From Oxalobacteraceae bacterium (lineage in GTDB: Bacteria > Pseudomonadota > Gammaproteobacteria > Burkholderiales > Burkholderiaceae_D): a DNA stretch of 64,000 nucleotides. Below the pieces are notes generated by a model. That model was given only the letters and a program-made list of their open reading frames with translations. It ran no database searches and was not told where the DNA came from. Position numbers and translations under genes: made by a program. The stretch covers positions 129,188 to 193,187 of the forward strand of contig JANXTY010000061.1 of the NCBI GenBank assembly GCA_025352145.1. The letters are read 5' to 3'. Positions 48,356 to 58,258 of this stretch are shown piece after piece; position 1 is the first letter of the stretch, and every line of letters begins with the position of its first letter.

Positions 48356-48688
48356 TCAGTCCACAATAAATAGCATTGCTCCCTTCACGCTGGAGGATCT
48401 ATGTGCTTCGGCGTTATCGGCTACCTGATAACTGGAGCCGGGAAAGAGGATAAATTTGCGTCCATCCTCCAGTTCGACTTCTAAGTCTCCGTCCAGACAA
48501 AATAAGATGTGCCCTTTGGCACACCAATGCGCGCCGATATAACCAGCACTGTACTCCACGAGCCGAACCCGGATTGCGCCAAAATTTTGCGTGCGCCAGT
48601 GCGCAACACCCACTTGCCCCGGATGTGCGACGCGTTCTACCGTGGACCAGTCGGTAGTACTGAAGGGGATGTCGGCTATGTGCATCAT
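48356..48688 (-). CDS. DHCW-motif cupin-fold protein
   Basis: 110 aa with VEYSAGYIGAHWCAKGHILFCLDG...LFIVD. Confidence 0.7.
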   Translation of the reverse strand: MMHIADIPFSTTDWSTVERVAHPGQVGVAHWRTQNFGAIRVRLVEYSAGYIGAHWCAKGHILFCLDGDLEVELEDGRKFILFPGSSYQVADNAEAHRSSSVKGAMLFIVD

Positions 48689-48782
48689 CGGTCCTTAGAA
48701 AGAACAATTTAGGGGGAAGGGCATGTCTCGCATACGCCCTTCCCTGCGTGACACGCGGTTTTCAGATCTTAACTGGGCGGCA

Positions 48783-48818
48783 CCGATCTTCGCCAGAAAT
48801 AAGCCTGGCGAAGATCGG
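48783..48818 (-). terminator. 14-bp perfect hairpin downstream of the lipoprotein gene
   Basis: ccgatcttcgccag (48783-48796), loop aaataagc, ctggcgaagatcgg (48805-48818). No U-tract, so function as a terminator is uncertain. Confidence 0.4.
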
Positions 48819-48878
48819 CAGACAATCTAATGCGAGACAATATTCGGGCAAGCATTAATCCGTTTGAAGTGCTGTGAG

Positions 48879-49697
48879 TTATTCCTGGATCTGGACGCAT
48901 TGACGCAACTCGCATCTGGCTAAGTACACTTTACCGTTTTTGCATTTCAATCGATAAATTTCAACCGGCCCCTGCTCGGTAATCAGGCCAGCGCCGGCGT
49001 TGCTGTAGCACGCATTTTTTTTTGCCATTTCTCCTACGACATAAGAAGAACGGCCTAGGCGGAAGGACTCTGTCTGGACGTCCTCTTCTTCCTCTTCATC
49101 CCCCTCTTTTTGGGCTGTTTGCGTTAGTTGTGGCACGGTGCCGATTAGCTTGAGTTTTTTCAGTGATTGTTCGGCTTCGCCTGATGGGGCCAACTGCAAG
49201 GCGAGGTGATCAGAAAAAAATCCTTTGGACGGATTCATTCGAATGTATTTACTTTCTCCTCGGGCAAGCGAAAATACAAGCGGTGTCGTGCGACCACCGG
49301 CAATATCGACCGAATATTTTCCTGCTTTCACATCCACCAAGAAAAATGTCCCTGACACTGATTTTCCTACGACGGAATCATTTAGCGTAATGTCCGGTTG
49401 AAAGAGGCCGCCAAAGAAACTGCTGTCACGGTAGAAGTAGATATGACTCTTATTTTTTGAGGTTTTTTGAATATCATTTACGGCTATGGCGTTCCCCAAA
49501 GAATTAGAGGTCGGCTCTGAGGAAGGGGGCAAAGTGGGGCTGACAAAACTATTTGCACGATAAAAAAATATGCGGCTTTTGTCAGCGTCCACTGCTGGCA
49601 GATTGCCATTGATTTCGGCATACTTTGGTCCACTTGCGGCACAGCCCGTTAAAATTATCGTTATGACCGTCAAGGCAATCAGCTTGAAATAGTTCAT
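48879..49697 (-). CDS. lipoprotein with DUF2846-like segments
   Basis: Lipobox LTGC. RIFFYR / HIYFYRD...VGKSVSGTFFLVDVKAGKYSV resembles DUF2846. An acidic EEEEED linker and a Cys-containing C-terminal domain follow. Confidence 0.55.
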   Translation of the reverse strand: MNYFKLIALTVITIILTGCAASGPKYAEINGNLPAVDADKSRIFFYRANSFVSPTLPPSSEPTSNSLGNAIAVNDIQKTSKNKSHIYFYRDSSFFGGLFQPDITLNDSVVGKSVSGTFFLVDVKAGKYSVDIAGGRTTPLVFSLARGESKYIRMNPSKGFFSDHLALQLAPSGEAEQSLKKLKLIGTVPQLTQTAQKEGDEEEEEDVQTESFRLGRSSYVVGEMAKKNACYSNAGAGLITEQGPVEIYRLKCKNGKVYLARCELRQCVQIQE

Positions 49698-50011
49698 GTT
49701 TTCTCTTCCCCGGTAAAGACCATAGATTTTGCTATTTTATGGCTAGTATCTGACAAATCACGGAAATGGCTAGATTAAATTATTGCACGCAAGGGCAAGC
49801 ATGACACATAAAAATTGCTGTGGGTGTAAGTAAACAGGGGGGATGTGTAACGGTTACCCTACACTGCCTGAACTAGAACAAGGACTTTGTGAAGACAACA
49901 ATGGGCCTCAACGTCAGGTAGGCCGCTAATGTGGATTCAATTTAAGTCGCTGATGTTAGGCAGCACACCGCAAGAATCCTTAGTTGTTATTCTTGGTTGA
50001 CACATGGGCAT

Positions 50012-50036
50012 CGTAGGGGAACGGCATGCCGTGCCC
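50012..50036. repeat. REP-like palindrome
   Basis: cgtaggggaacggcatgccgtgccc. Confidence 0.75.
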
Positions 50037-50113
50037 GTTCATCAGTGAAGTCGCTGGAAGAACAGTAAAGTTACGGCTATCGAGTATTGAGAACGGCCTC
50101 CTCAACGTAAATA

Positions 50114-50920
50114 TCATTTACGTAGTCTGTTCTTTGGCCTAAATACCGTCGCATCGTCATAAAATTCACCATCCTGCGCGGGCCACCAGCCAGGGACCCC
50201 CAGCACGGGTAGAGGTGTAAGGTCGTGCGTATTGAGGCCCCGTGTCGCCAATTTGTTTGCTACATGCAGATCAATCCATTTGCGACGTGCATCGTGATCC
50301 ATTGGAAAGAACTCATCGGACGCCATCGTCACCAAGGTGTGGGCGGTGATTGCTTTATACGGAGTTACCAGTTTTTCCATCAGGGCGTGGCCGAACAGCC
50401 AGACTTGGGCATGCGGCCCGAATGTGCTGCGTTGCGCAATGAAAGCGTTGTTCCAATGATGGTTTCGGAGCGTCTCCACCAGTGCTCGGCCTTGTTCTGA
50501 ATCGTTGACTACTAGCAGCGCCGCATTTTCATCGAAAATGGTGGCAGCATCGCGCGCTGGACCGCGCCATTTTCCGACACCTGTGATGGCAATCTGGGCG
50601 GCTTGCAGAGCATTGAGCTGGCGCTTGATGCGTGGGAAACTAAGCCACACGAGGGCGTTGAAAAAATCATGTAGGTTGTTGCGCGTGGGGACGTCGCCCG
50701 TTGCGCTGATGAAGGCTTCGTAAGCGGTGCCTTCTGGCAGCATGGTTTGGTCGACAAAAGACAGCGGCAAGCCCCGATGGTTGGTCAATGATAGGACTGC
50801 GCTTTGACTATTGAGTGCGGCTCTCCAATCATGGTGGGGAACAATTTTCCCTGATGCGGTTGAGACGGATGTGTACCAAGGGCGGGTCCAGTCTATGCCT
50901 TCCATTAAAGATGCTTGCAT
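50114..50920 (-). CDS. DUF3025-like protein
   Basis: ~268 aa. Its position immediately downstream of pyrC and sequence features (WTRPWY..., NALVWLSFP) fit my recollection of DUF3025. The track start at 50962 overlaps pyrC. Confidence 0.55.
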   Translation of the reverse strand: MQASLMEGIDWTRPWYTSVSTASGKIVPHHDWRAALNSQSAVLSLTNHRGLPLSFVDQTMLPEGTAYEAFISATGDVPTRNNLHDFFNALVWLSFPRIKRQLNALQAAQIAITGVGKWRGPARDAATIFDENAALLVVNDSEQGRALVETLRNHHWNNAFIAQRSTFGPHAQVWLFGHALMEKLVTPYKAITAHTLVTMASDEFFPMDHDARRKWIDLHVANKLATRGLNTHDLTPLPVLGVPGWWPAQDGEFYDDATVFRPKNRLRK

Positions 50921-50946
50921 GGGCGGTGGATGAATAGTGATGATGC

Positions 50947-52002
50947 TTACAGTAATTTCCAACCGATGATTTCACCACCGTTGAGCGGCACGATGGTGTG
51001 CTCGCCCAACGGCAATTCAGCCGGCAGCGTCCAGTTTTCACGTTTGAGAGTGACGTTGCCGGTATTGCGCGGCAAGCCGTAAAACGCCGGGCCGTGAAAG
51101 CTGGAAAAGGCCTCCAGCTTGCCCAACGCACCGGCTTGCTCGAAAGCTTGCGCATACAACTCCATCGCATGCAAGGCAGTGTAGCAACCGGCGCAACCGC
51201 AAGCATGTTCTTTCACGCCTTTGGCATGCGGCGCAGAATCGGTGCCGAGGAAAAAACGGGCATTGCCGCTGGTGGCAGCTTTTATGAGGGCTTGACGATG
51301 TTCTTCGCGTTTCAGAATCGGCAGGCAGTAATAGTGCGGGCGGATCCCGCCCTTGAAAATTTCGTTGCGGTTGTACAGCAGATGATGCGCGGTGATGGTA
51401 GCGGCCATGAGGCCGCTCGATTCCGACACGTATTGCGCAGCGTCTTTGGTGGTGATGTGTTCGAATACGATTTTCAAAGCAGGCAGGGCGCAGCGCAGCG
51501 GTTGCAGGACGCGTTCGATGAACACCGCTTCACGGTCGAAGATATCGACACTCGGATCGGTCACTTCGCCATGTACCAGCAAAGGCATGCCTACTTCTTG
51601 CATGACTTCCAATACCTTGGCGCACTTGTTTAAATCGGTCACGCCCGCATCGGAATTAGTGGTGGCGCCGGCGGGATAATATTTGACCGCATGCACGATG
51701 CCGCTGTCTTTTGCCCGTTTGATTTCATCCGGTTGTGTATTGTCGGTCAGGTACAGCGTCATCAGAGGTTCGAACTGCATTCCCTCCGGCAGCGTGGCCA
51801 GGATGCGCTCGCGGTAGGCTTGTGCTTGAACTGTGGTGGTGACTGGGGGTTTGAGGTTGGGCATTACGATGGCTCGCCCGAACTGGCGTGCGGTGTGGGG
51901 CAGGACGTCGGCTAGTACGGCACCGTCGCGCAGGTGCAGGTGCCAGTCGTCGGGGCGGGTGATGGTCAGGGATTGGGGCGCGTTGGTGGCGGAATGGGAC
52001 AT
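50947..52002 (-). CDS. pyrC: dihydroorotase (class II, homodimeric type)
   Basis: [16 protein letters not shown]-terminus. 351 aa, colinear with E. coli PyrC. Confidence 0.95.
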   Translation of the reverse strand: MSHSATNAPQSLTITRPDDWHLHLRDGAVLADVLPHTARQFGRAIVMPNLKPPVTTTVQAQAYRERILATLPEGMQFEPLMTLYLTDNTQPDEIKRAKDSGIVHAVKYYPAGATTNSDAGVTDLNKCAKVLEVMQEVGMPLLVHGEVTDPSVDIFDREAVFIERVLQPLRCALPALKIVFEHITTKDAAQYVSESSGLMAATITAHHLLYNRNEIFKGGIRPHYYCLPILKREEHRQALIKAATSGNARFFLGTDSAPHAKGVKEHACGCAGCYTALHAMELYAQAFEQAGALGKLEAFSSFHGPAFYGLPRNTGNVTLKRENWTLPAELPLGEHTIVPLNGGEIIGWKLL

Positions 52003-52205
52003 GGTGGCTTTCTGTAAAGGTGGGATATTTTACCTGTTGAAAAACATGACTGGATTGACGGAGTTGAAACCTGTCTATATATTTTGTTGAAAATAAATTC
52101 AGTCACGATTTATTCAACTAGATTTATTCCACTATTTCCGGGTTGTGTTTTTCTGCATTCTGGCCGATCCCTTTCTTCCATTTCTTTTTCTTCTCTTCTC
52201 TTTAT

Positions 52206-55200
52206 ATGAGTTCGCACATGGAACAATCCGCGGCATTACTCGCTGAGCTGGCAAGACCGACTTCATCCTATAAACAACGTGCGTGGCTTGCCATGAGCGG
52301 ATTGGCGACATTCATGTCGCTTTATTTACTGCTCGCTATCTGGTTTTTGTTCACGGCGTATCGGCTCACTTTCGGTGCTGCGACGGTGAGTAACGGTGGA
52401 TTTTTTGGTTATATCGTGGGTGCCTGCGCGGTATTTTTAGCGGTGTTCATGCTCAAGGCCATTTTTTTCGTCAAGCGTGGCGGCACGGATGACAGCATTG
52501 AAGTCACGGCAGAGCAGCAACCCAAGCTGTTTGAGTTTCTCTATCAGTTGGCGGACCGGGCGGATGCGCCCAGGCCGCATAAGGTATTTCTCTCCGCCCG
52601 GGTTAATGCGGCCGTTTTTTATGACTTGTCTATCGTCAATCTGCTTTTGCCGTCTAAAAAAAATCTGGAAATCGGACTCGGATTGGTGAACGCTTTATCC
52701 ATCGGGGAATTGCGCGCAGTGCTGGCGCACGAGTTCGGCCATTTCGCACAACGTGCCATGGCGGTCGGTCGCTGGGTCTATATTGCGCAGCAAATTGCCG
52801 GTCATCTGGTCGCGCGGCGCGACAAGCTCGATGATTTTTTGCGCGGATTGTCGCGCTTTGATTTCAGGATCGCCTGGGTGGGCTGGATCCTGAGTTTGAT
52901 CGTATGGTCGATACGCTCATTGGTGGAATCAGCCTTCAACGTGGTCGTCATCATGCAGCGGGCTTTGTCGCGCGAAATGGAAATGCAGGCCGATCTGGTT
53001 GCCGTATCGCTGACAGGGAGCGATGCGTTAATTCATGCTTTGCATCGTTTGCAGGCCGCCGATGATTCATGGGGACGTGCATGGAATTTCGCGGCCAGGC
53101 AACGCGGCAATCAACGTCTCACCAGCGATGTGTTTGCGGTGCAGTCGCGCGTGCAGGAACACATGGCACTGATTCTGAACGATCCCCACTACATCCGGGT
53201 ACCGTCATTGCCAGCTCAGCAACCGGAGCAGCATCGCGTGTTTAAAGCAGAGTTGGCGCAGCCTCCCCAAATGTGGCTGACCCATCCGCTCAATCATGAG
53301 CGGGAAGCCAACGCCAAGCGCCATTACGTGGCTGCACCGATCGATCAGGGCAGTGCCTGGGATATATTCGATGACCCGGCCCGATTGCGTCAGCAAGTCT
53401 CGGCCAAGCTGTTTGATGCGGGTGAAGCGACGCTGGTTTCTATCGAAGAGTCCTTGCTGGAACTCGATAAGGAATTCGATCGCGAACATTTGAAGCCTGC
53501 CTATCGTGGAGTTTATTATGGTCGCTCGCCGGTACAGGCCATTGCCCACGCATCCGACCTGTATCGGCAAGATGCAAAGCCCGACGATCTAGACGGTTTG
53601 TATCCAGAATCACTCACGCAGGATATGGCGCAACTGGCGCAGCTTGAAAAAGAAATCAGTCAGTTGCGCGCATTGCATTCCGGCGTATTAAAGTCTTCCG
53701 GCAATGCGATCAATCTGCGTGGCAAGGTCTTGAAGCCGAAGCAGTTGCCACAGGCGATTAAAGACCTTGAGCAAGAATTAAACACCGTCTTGCAGCGCCT
53801 GCAGGCGCACGATCATTTGTGCCGTAGCACCCATCTGGCAGCAGCAGAACAATTAGGCAATGGCTGGGGCGCCTACTTGCAAGGACTGCTGGCGCTCTTG
53901 CACTATGCTGAACATACCGCCGCCAATTTGCGCGATGCACAGGGATTACTGCGCAATACCATCCACATCGCAACCGCAACCCGCCGCGTGAATGAGGCTG
54001 GTGTGGACCGCATTCTGGCGTCGGCCAATGCGTTATATGCACCCCTCGAAGAGGTGTTCAAGCAAAGCGATCAACTTGTGCTCGATACGATTCTGCGACA
54101 ACGCATGCCAGCCGGGGAATGGAAGGAACAACTCGGTGAGTTGAAGCTGGTATGGGCCACCAGAGCCAATATCAATGACTGGTTAAACGTCATCGATAGC
54201 TGGGTGGATCAGGCTGCCGGTGCGTGCAGTACTTTGCGTTTGCATACGCTGGAACAGTTGCTAATCTCAGAATCGGTGATCGCTAAAAACTTCAGGCAAG
54301 GAAAGGCCATCATCCCTGCTCCTACGCCATCGCAGGTACCTGCGGATTACCCCATCCTGATACCGGGTCAGGAACGCACGCGACAACAGACGCTTGATTG
54401 GTGGGCGCGTTTTCAGACCGCAGACGGGATTGTTCCTGCTTTGGCAAGGCTGGGCGTGGCGGGCGGCATCGTTGCTGCGGTACTCGGTCTTGGGGGTTCT
54501 GTCGGCAGTGCCAGCTTGACGATCTACAACGGGCTGGCGCGTCCCGTGGTCGTTCAGATTGATCACAAGCGCCTACATGTGGCCGCCTTGTCGTCGGCCA
54601 ACGCAGAACTGGATGCGAATCGCAGCTATCAGATGACGGCATCGACTGAAGATGGGAAGACGATTGAATCTTTCAAGGCAGAGGCAAAGGGAAGCTTCGC
54701 CCACTTTGTCTACAACGTCGCCGGTGCAAGTCCGTTGGTGGAATGGACTTCGGTTTATGGTAATGCCCCGATCAGACCGGACCGGCCTCTGGGTGCGCCG
54801 CGCTGGAGCACAACCGAGGCTGATGTACTGTTTAGCGATCCGCCTAAAAGTGTGCAAACCAAAAGCGGGGGCGCAACTCGGCAAGTATTGGCGGGACTGG
54901 GCAATGTTTCGGCATCACGTCAGCTAGATTTTCTCCAAAATCCAGTTGAACAGCAGGCCTTGATTAGTGTCCATGCGCGCTGGGACACGAGCAGTAGTGC
55001 AAACATTGCGCAATGGCTCGAACTGGCTGCGCACCAGCCGGATTTCCCCAAACTGTTAGCGACCCGCTTGCTTGAAACGCCGAATGACGTTTGGTTGTTG
55101 CGCATTGCGCATGATGTTGCCAGCGATGCAGAAAAAGTGAAGATTTGTGCGCGCTATCAGCTACGCTCAAAAGCGGCGCCCCAAGACCCCGACCTGCTGT

Positions 55201-56003
55201 ATCTTGCTGCGCGTTGCCTGCCAGATGTAGCAGAAAAAAATTCGGCATTGCGCGAAGGATATGAGCGCTGGCCGACACATGGCTGGCTCGCTTATGCACA
55301 CGGCTATGGCGAGGCTGAATTGGCGCATTGGAGCGCGGCCCTGAGCGCCTTTTCTCAAGCCCGTCGCGCACTCCCTTCTCTCAATAACTGGATTGCACTG
55401 GATGAAGTACGTATACAACGTTTGCTGCATCAGGCCAGCGCTCAACAGTTAGCCGAACTGGCGAAAGACGCCGACGGCGCAAGTATGTTGCTTGCATTGG
55501 AAACGGATACTAAATTGGAGCCGCTCATACTACAAGCCTATCAAGCGCTGGCGCATGGTCAGTTCGCGGATGCCTTGCGTTTGGCAAATGACAAACCGGA
55601 AACCGCAGCACGCATGCTGCGCTTGATTGCGGCATCCGATGGTGCCACACCAGCGCAAATTGCGCGCGCGCAAGCACTCAATTCAACGCAAGGAATCGAC
55701 GATAGTTCGGTATGGTCCAGCGTTGCATTGGCCATGCGCACGCAACGTGATTTCTCGCCTTATCTAACAGCCATTAAAAACACACCATCGGAACATGTTG
55801 CTGCCATCCAGAATTTCCTGAAGGCACTGCACACCAACCCGGATATACAAGCGGCAGAGCACATGCTCGATGGATTAACGCCAGAGCTGCGCGGCCAGGC
55901 ATACAGTGCGGCCCTTGTATTGCTGGGAAATAATGCGCCAAAAGAGTGGCGGGATGCTGCCAAGAGATTGTTGTTCGCTTCTGAACGGCCGTATTTTGTT
56001 TGA
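52206..56003 (+). CDS. membrane-anchored M48-family zinc metalloprotease with a ~850-aa uncharacterised C-terminal extension
   Basis: Two N-terminal TM helices, HEFGH (nt 52728-52742), EMEMQADLVAV (third zinc ligand region) and THPLNHERE. A coiled-coil-like stretch, a further TM segment (~aa 770-800 of the track ORF), a beta-rich segment and a helical-repeat tail follow. Confidence 0.8.
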   Translation: MSSHMEQSAALLAELARPTSSYKQRAWLAMSGLATFMSLYLLLAIWFLFTAYRLTFGAATVSNGGFFGYIVGACAVFLAVFMLKAIFFVKRGGTDDSIEVTAEQQPKLFEFLYQLADRADAPRPHKVFLSARVNAAVFYDLSIVNLLLPSKKNLEIGLGLVNALSIGELRAVLAHEFGHFAQRAMAVGRWVYIAQQIAGHLVARRDKLDDFLRGLSRFDFRIAWVGWILSLIVWSIRSLVESAFNVVVIMQRALSREMEMQADLVAVSLTGSDALIHALHRLQAADDSWGRAWNFAARQRGNQRLTSDVFAVQSRVQEHMALILNDPHYIRVPSLPAQQPEQHRVFKAELAQPPQMWLTHPLNHEREANAKRHYVAAPIDQGSAWDIFDDPARLRQQVSAKLFDAGEATLVSIEESLLELDKEFDREHLKPAYRGVYYGRSPVQAIAHASDLYRQDAKPDDLDGLYPESLTQDMAQLAQLEKEISQLRALHSGVLKSSGNAINLRGKVLKPKQLPQAIKDLEQELNTVLQRLQAHDHLCRSTHLAAAEQLGNGWGAYLQGLLALLHYAEHTAANLRDAQGLLRNTIHIATATRRVNEAGVDRILASANALYAPLEEVFKQSDQLVLDTILRQRMPAGEWKEQLGELKLVWATRANINDWLNVIDSWVDQAAGACSTLRLHTLEQLLISESVIAKNFRQGKAIIPAPTPSQVPADYPILIPGQERTRQQTLDWWARFQTADGIVPALARLGVAGGIVAAVLGLGGSVGSASLTIYNGLARPVVVQIDHKRLHVAALSSANAELDANRSYQMTASTEDGKTIESFKAEAKGSFAHFVYNVAGASPLVEWTSVYGNAPIRPDRPLGAPRWSTTEADVLFSDPPKSVQTKSGGATRQVLAGLGNVSASRQLDFLQNPVEQQALISVHARWDTSSSANIAQWLELAAHQPDFPKLLATRLLETPNDVWLLRIAHDVASDAEKVKICARYQLRSKAAPQDPDLLYLAARCLPDVAEKNSALREGYERWPTHGWLAYAHGYGEAELAHWSAALSAFSQARRALPSLNNWIALDEVRIQRLLHQASAQQLAELAKDADGASMLLALETDTKLEPLILQAYQALAHGQFADALRLANDKPETAARMLRLIAASDGATPAQIARAQALNSTQGIDDSSVWSSVALAMRTQRDFSPYLTAIKNTPSEHVAAIQNFLKALHTNPDIQAAEHMLDGLTPELRGQAYSAALVLLGNNAPKEWRDAAKRLLFASERPYFV

Positions 56004-56033
56004 TGTTTTTTTTAAAAAATAAATAGGGAATGT

Positions 56034-56375
56034 ATGAAAATTATTGGCATCGAAAACTTAACGGCCGAACAGGTCGACGAAGAATTGCGACGGGGCGGTC
56101 GTTTTGTGATGTATCAGTATTGCATCTCAGTATTGATCATGTCTTTCAAACGCAGCTCGGATATTTACTTCATCCCTGCCGATCAAGGCAGCGTAAAGAA
56201 AGGACTGGGTTTTGTCGCGCTTTCCCTGGTAGTCGGCTGGTGGGGATTTCCGTGGGGGCCGGTCTGGACCATTGGGACCGTGTTTAAAAATTTGAGTGGC
56301 GGACTTGATGTGACAGGTGATGTGCTCAATTCGATCAACAGAAAACCCGTGGTTTCGGCACCAAACGCTATTTGA
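56034..56375 (+). CDS. small membrane protein of unknown function
   Basis: 113 aa with two hydrophobic segments (FVMYQYCISVLIMSF; GFVALSLVVGWWGFPWGPVW). AGGGA lies 5 nt upstream of the ATG. It starts 30 nt after the M48 gene and shares the terminator at 56392. Confidence 0.55.
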   Translation: MKIIGIENLTAEQVDEELRRGGRFVMYQYCISVLIMSFKRSSDIYFIPADQGSVKKGLGFVALSLVVGWWGFPWGPVWTIGTVFKNLSGGLDVTGDVLNSINRKPVVSAPNAI

Positions 56376-56391
56376 GGCATACGCTAAAACC

Positions 56392-56424
56392 CCGCCATCT
56401 GGAAGAATCAGATGGCGGTATTTT
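56392..56424 (+). terminator. rho-independent terminator
   Basis: ccgccatctg (56392-56401), loop gaagaat, cagatggcgg (56409-56418), then TATTTT. Confidence 0.8.
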
Positions 56425-56541
56425 GATCGGCAATACGGTGCACTTGTCGGATAGTGTTGAGTCGGATAAGTGGCGGCGACATGCGCGCGGCTACGTTGTG
56501 CTCCGGCGAGCGTGCCTGATGTCGGACCTGTACAGGAGGCA

Positions 56542-56961
56542 TTAAGACTTAGCTTTCTTTGCAGGCTTCGACTTGCCAGAAATGTTGAAGGCGGCCGCTT
56601 GGCCAATGAGCGCCTTGAAGGCGGACTCGTCAACTTCTTCTCCTTCGTGGATGTCGATCGCGCGGCGTACGTTTCCGTCGAGACTCGCATTGAAGAGATG
56701 GGCTGGATCCTTTAGCGACGCACCCTTGGCGAAGGTAAGTTTCACGACATTTTTGTAAGATTCGCCCGTACAGATGATGCCGTCGTGCGACCAAACCGGA
56801 GTGCCCATCCACTTCCATTCCTCGACGACTTCCGGGTCTGCTTCCTTGATGAGCTTGCGCATGATGCCGAGGGTTTCCCCGCGCCAGTCCCCGAGTGCGG
56901 CTATTTTCTGCGAGATGAGTTCCGATGCTGGTTGATCTTGGCTCTCGTCCGATTTTTTCAT
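56542..56961 (-). CDS. DUF1801 (YdhG-like) domain protein
   Basis: 139 aa with LGDWRGETLGIMRKLIKEADPEVVEEWKWMGTPVWSHDGIICTGESYKNVVKLTFAKG, the typical DUF1801 pattern. Confidence 0.7.
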   Translation of the reverse strand: MKKSDESQDQPASELISQKIAALGDWRGETLGIMRKLIKEADPEVVEEWKWMGTPVWSHDGIICTGESYKNVVKLTFAKGASLKDPAHLFNASLDGNVRRAIDIHEGEEVDESAFKALIGQAAAFNISGKSKPAKKAKS

Positions 56962-57101
56962 GTTTTCATCCTAAAGTTCTAGATGTATTTCATTTGCAAG
57001 ATAGTGGAGGGTACTCATGTAAGACTTTAGAATGACGCTGCATAACGTTTGAGATGAGAGGCGTGACCCGGCTTGCCGGGGCACGCCTCTCGATCGAAGG
57101 G

Positions 57102-57752
57102 TTAGGGCGCATGGACTCGGCAGTAGCGGATTGCTCTTGGCACATCTATGAGGATAGGCTCACACTTGGTTCTAGCAGGTCGCCAGACCGTGCGGAACTC
57201 ATTCTGATACCAGTACGCTTCGTCTTTCATGAGCACGCCCGGCACTTGATGCGGCTTCTTGTAGTGAGTAGTCTTATTCATGTAATGAACGGAAGCAGCA
57301 ACCTCGAAGCGGCTGCGATGCCGAACCCGGCGACTTATGGCTCGGAAAAACGCTTGAGGGTCAACAATCTCCATACAAGAGTCACAGCCAAACTGCTTCA
57401 TCACGGCGAGATCGTACTCAGTGGTCGTGCAATAAATGTGAAAGTCTGGTGAGCTGCTTTGGACAATGAACCCGGCGCCTTTCTCAAAATCTATTTTGAG
57501 ACTTGCATGCTGCTGGTCTGGTCGAAGGATGTGTTGTCGGACGAAATCCGCCTCTGCAGAGTTCTCTGAAAGATCGACTTGCGCTCCAGATGCAAAGGTC
57601 ATTTCGGTATGTTCAAAGCCTTCGTCTTGATCACCAACTACTTCCCCATATTGTTCGGTTTTCCTGTATTCGTACAGCGTGCCGATCCTGACGCTTCCTC
57701 TTATGAAGAAAGCCTCTAAGTACTTCTTTGGTAGGTACTTAAACAGCGTCAT
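57102..57752 (-). CDS. DUF2971-like hypothetical protein
   Basis: MTLFKYLPKKYLEAFFIRGSVRIGTLYEY...GDQDEG... and a C-terminal YWYQNEFRTVW echo the DUF2971 N- and C-terminal motifs. This is a weak, by-eye assignment. Confidence 0.45.
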   Translation of the reverse strand: MTLFKYLPKKYLEAFFIRGSVRIGTLYEYRKTEQYGEVVGDQDEGFEHTEMTFASGAQVDLSENSAEADFVRQHILRPDQQHASLKIDFEKGAGFIVQSSSPDFHIYCTTTEYDLAVMKQFGCDSCMEIVDPQAFFRAISRRVRHRSRFEVAASVHYMNKTTHYKKPHQVPGVLMKDEAYWYQNEFRTVWRPARTKCEPILIDVPRAIRYCRVHAP

Positions 57753-58071
57753 ATGGTGCGCTCTAACGTGATTTAGTTTGACAAGTTGCAAAATTAACCG
57801 ACATCCAAAAATTGAATGCAAAGTTTCTATCCTCTTGAAAGACGCATGGCGCTTAGCTTAATTAAATCGGTTATACCTTTTAAAAACAAGAGATAACCAG
57901 ATCGCTAAAATGGGCACGCAAATTGATTGCGCATTCTAGCAATATTTTTGAGAATTAAAGTTTCGTAGGACGAAATATATTCCCTCGCATGGACTGTTAA
58001 AACATCGACGTCATTTCTTCGTTGATTCGGTCTGACTTCGTGGATGCTTGCCGGGGGTGGCCCGGCGGCCA

Positions 58072-58103
58072 CTTCCTTTCTTTGCTTCGCCAAAGAAAGG
58101 AAG
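58072..58103. repeat. 13-bp perfect stem-loop
   Basis: cttcctttctttg, loop cttcgc, caaagaaaggaag. Confidence 0.8.
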
Positions 58104-58141
58104 CAAAGAAAGGCGACCGCACAACGCTGCCCTGCGGGTTC

Positions 58142-58234
58142 CCGTCTGTGACACGATCAAAGCGGGAAATGAAACCAACTCGCTTCGCTCAGACATGTTT
58201 CATTTCTGATCCGCTTTGATCGTGTCACAGACGG
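58142..58234. repeat. 93-nt nested inverted repeat (MITE/REP-like hairpin)
   Basis: ccgtctgtgacacgatcaaagcgg+gaaatgaaac (58142-58175) is complementary to gtttcatttc (58197-58206) and ccgctttgatcgtgtcacagacgg (58211-58234), with a 4-nt tgat bulge. Confidence 0.85.
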
Positions 58235-58258
58235 CAGCGTTGCAAGCGGAATCCAGGT

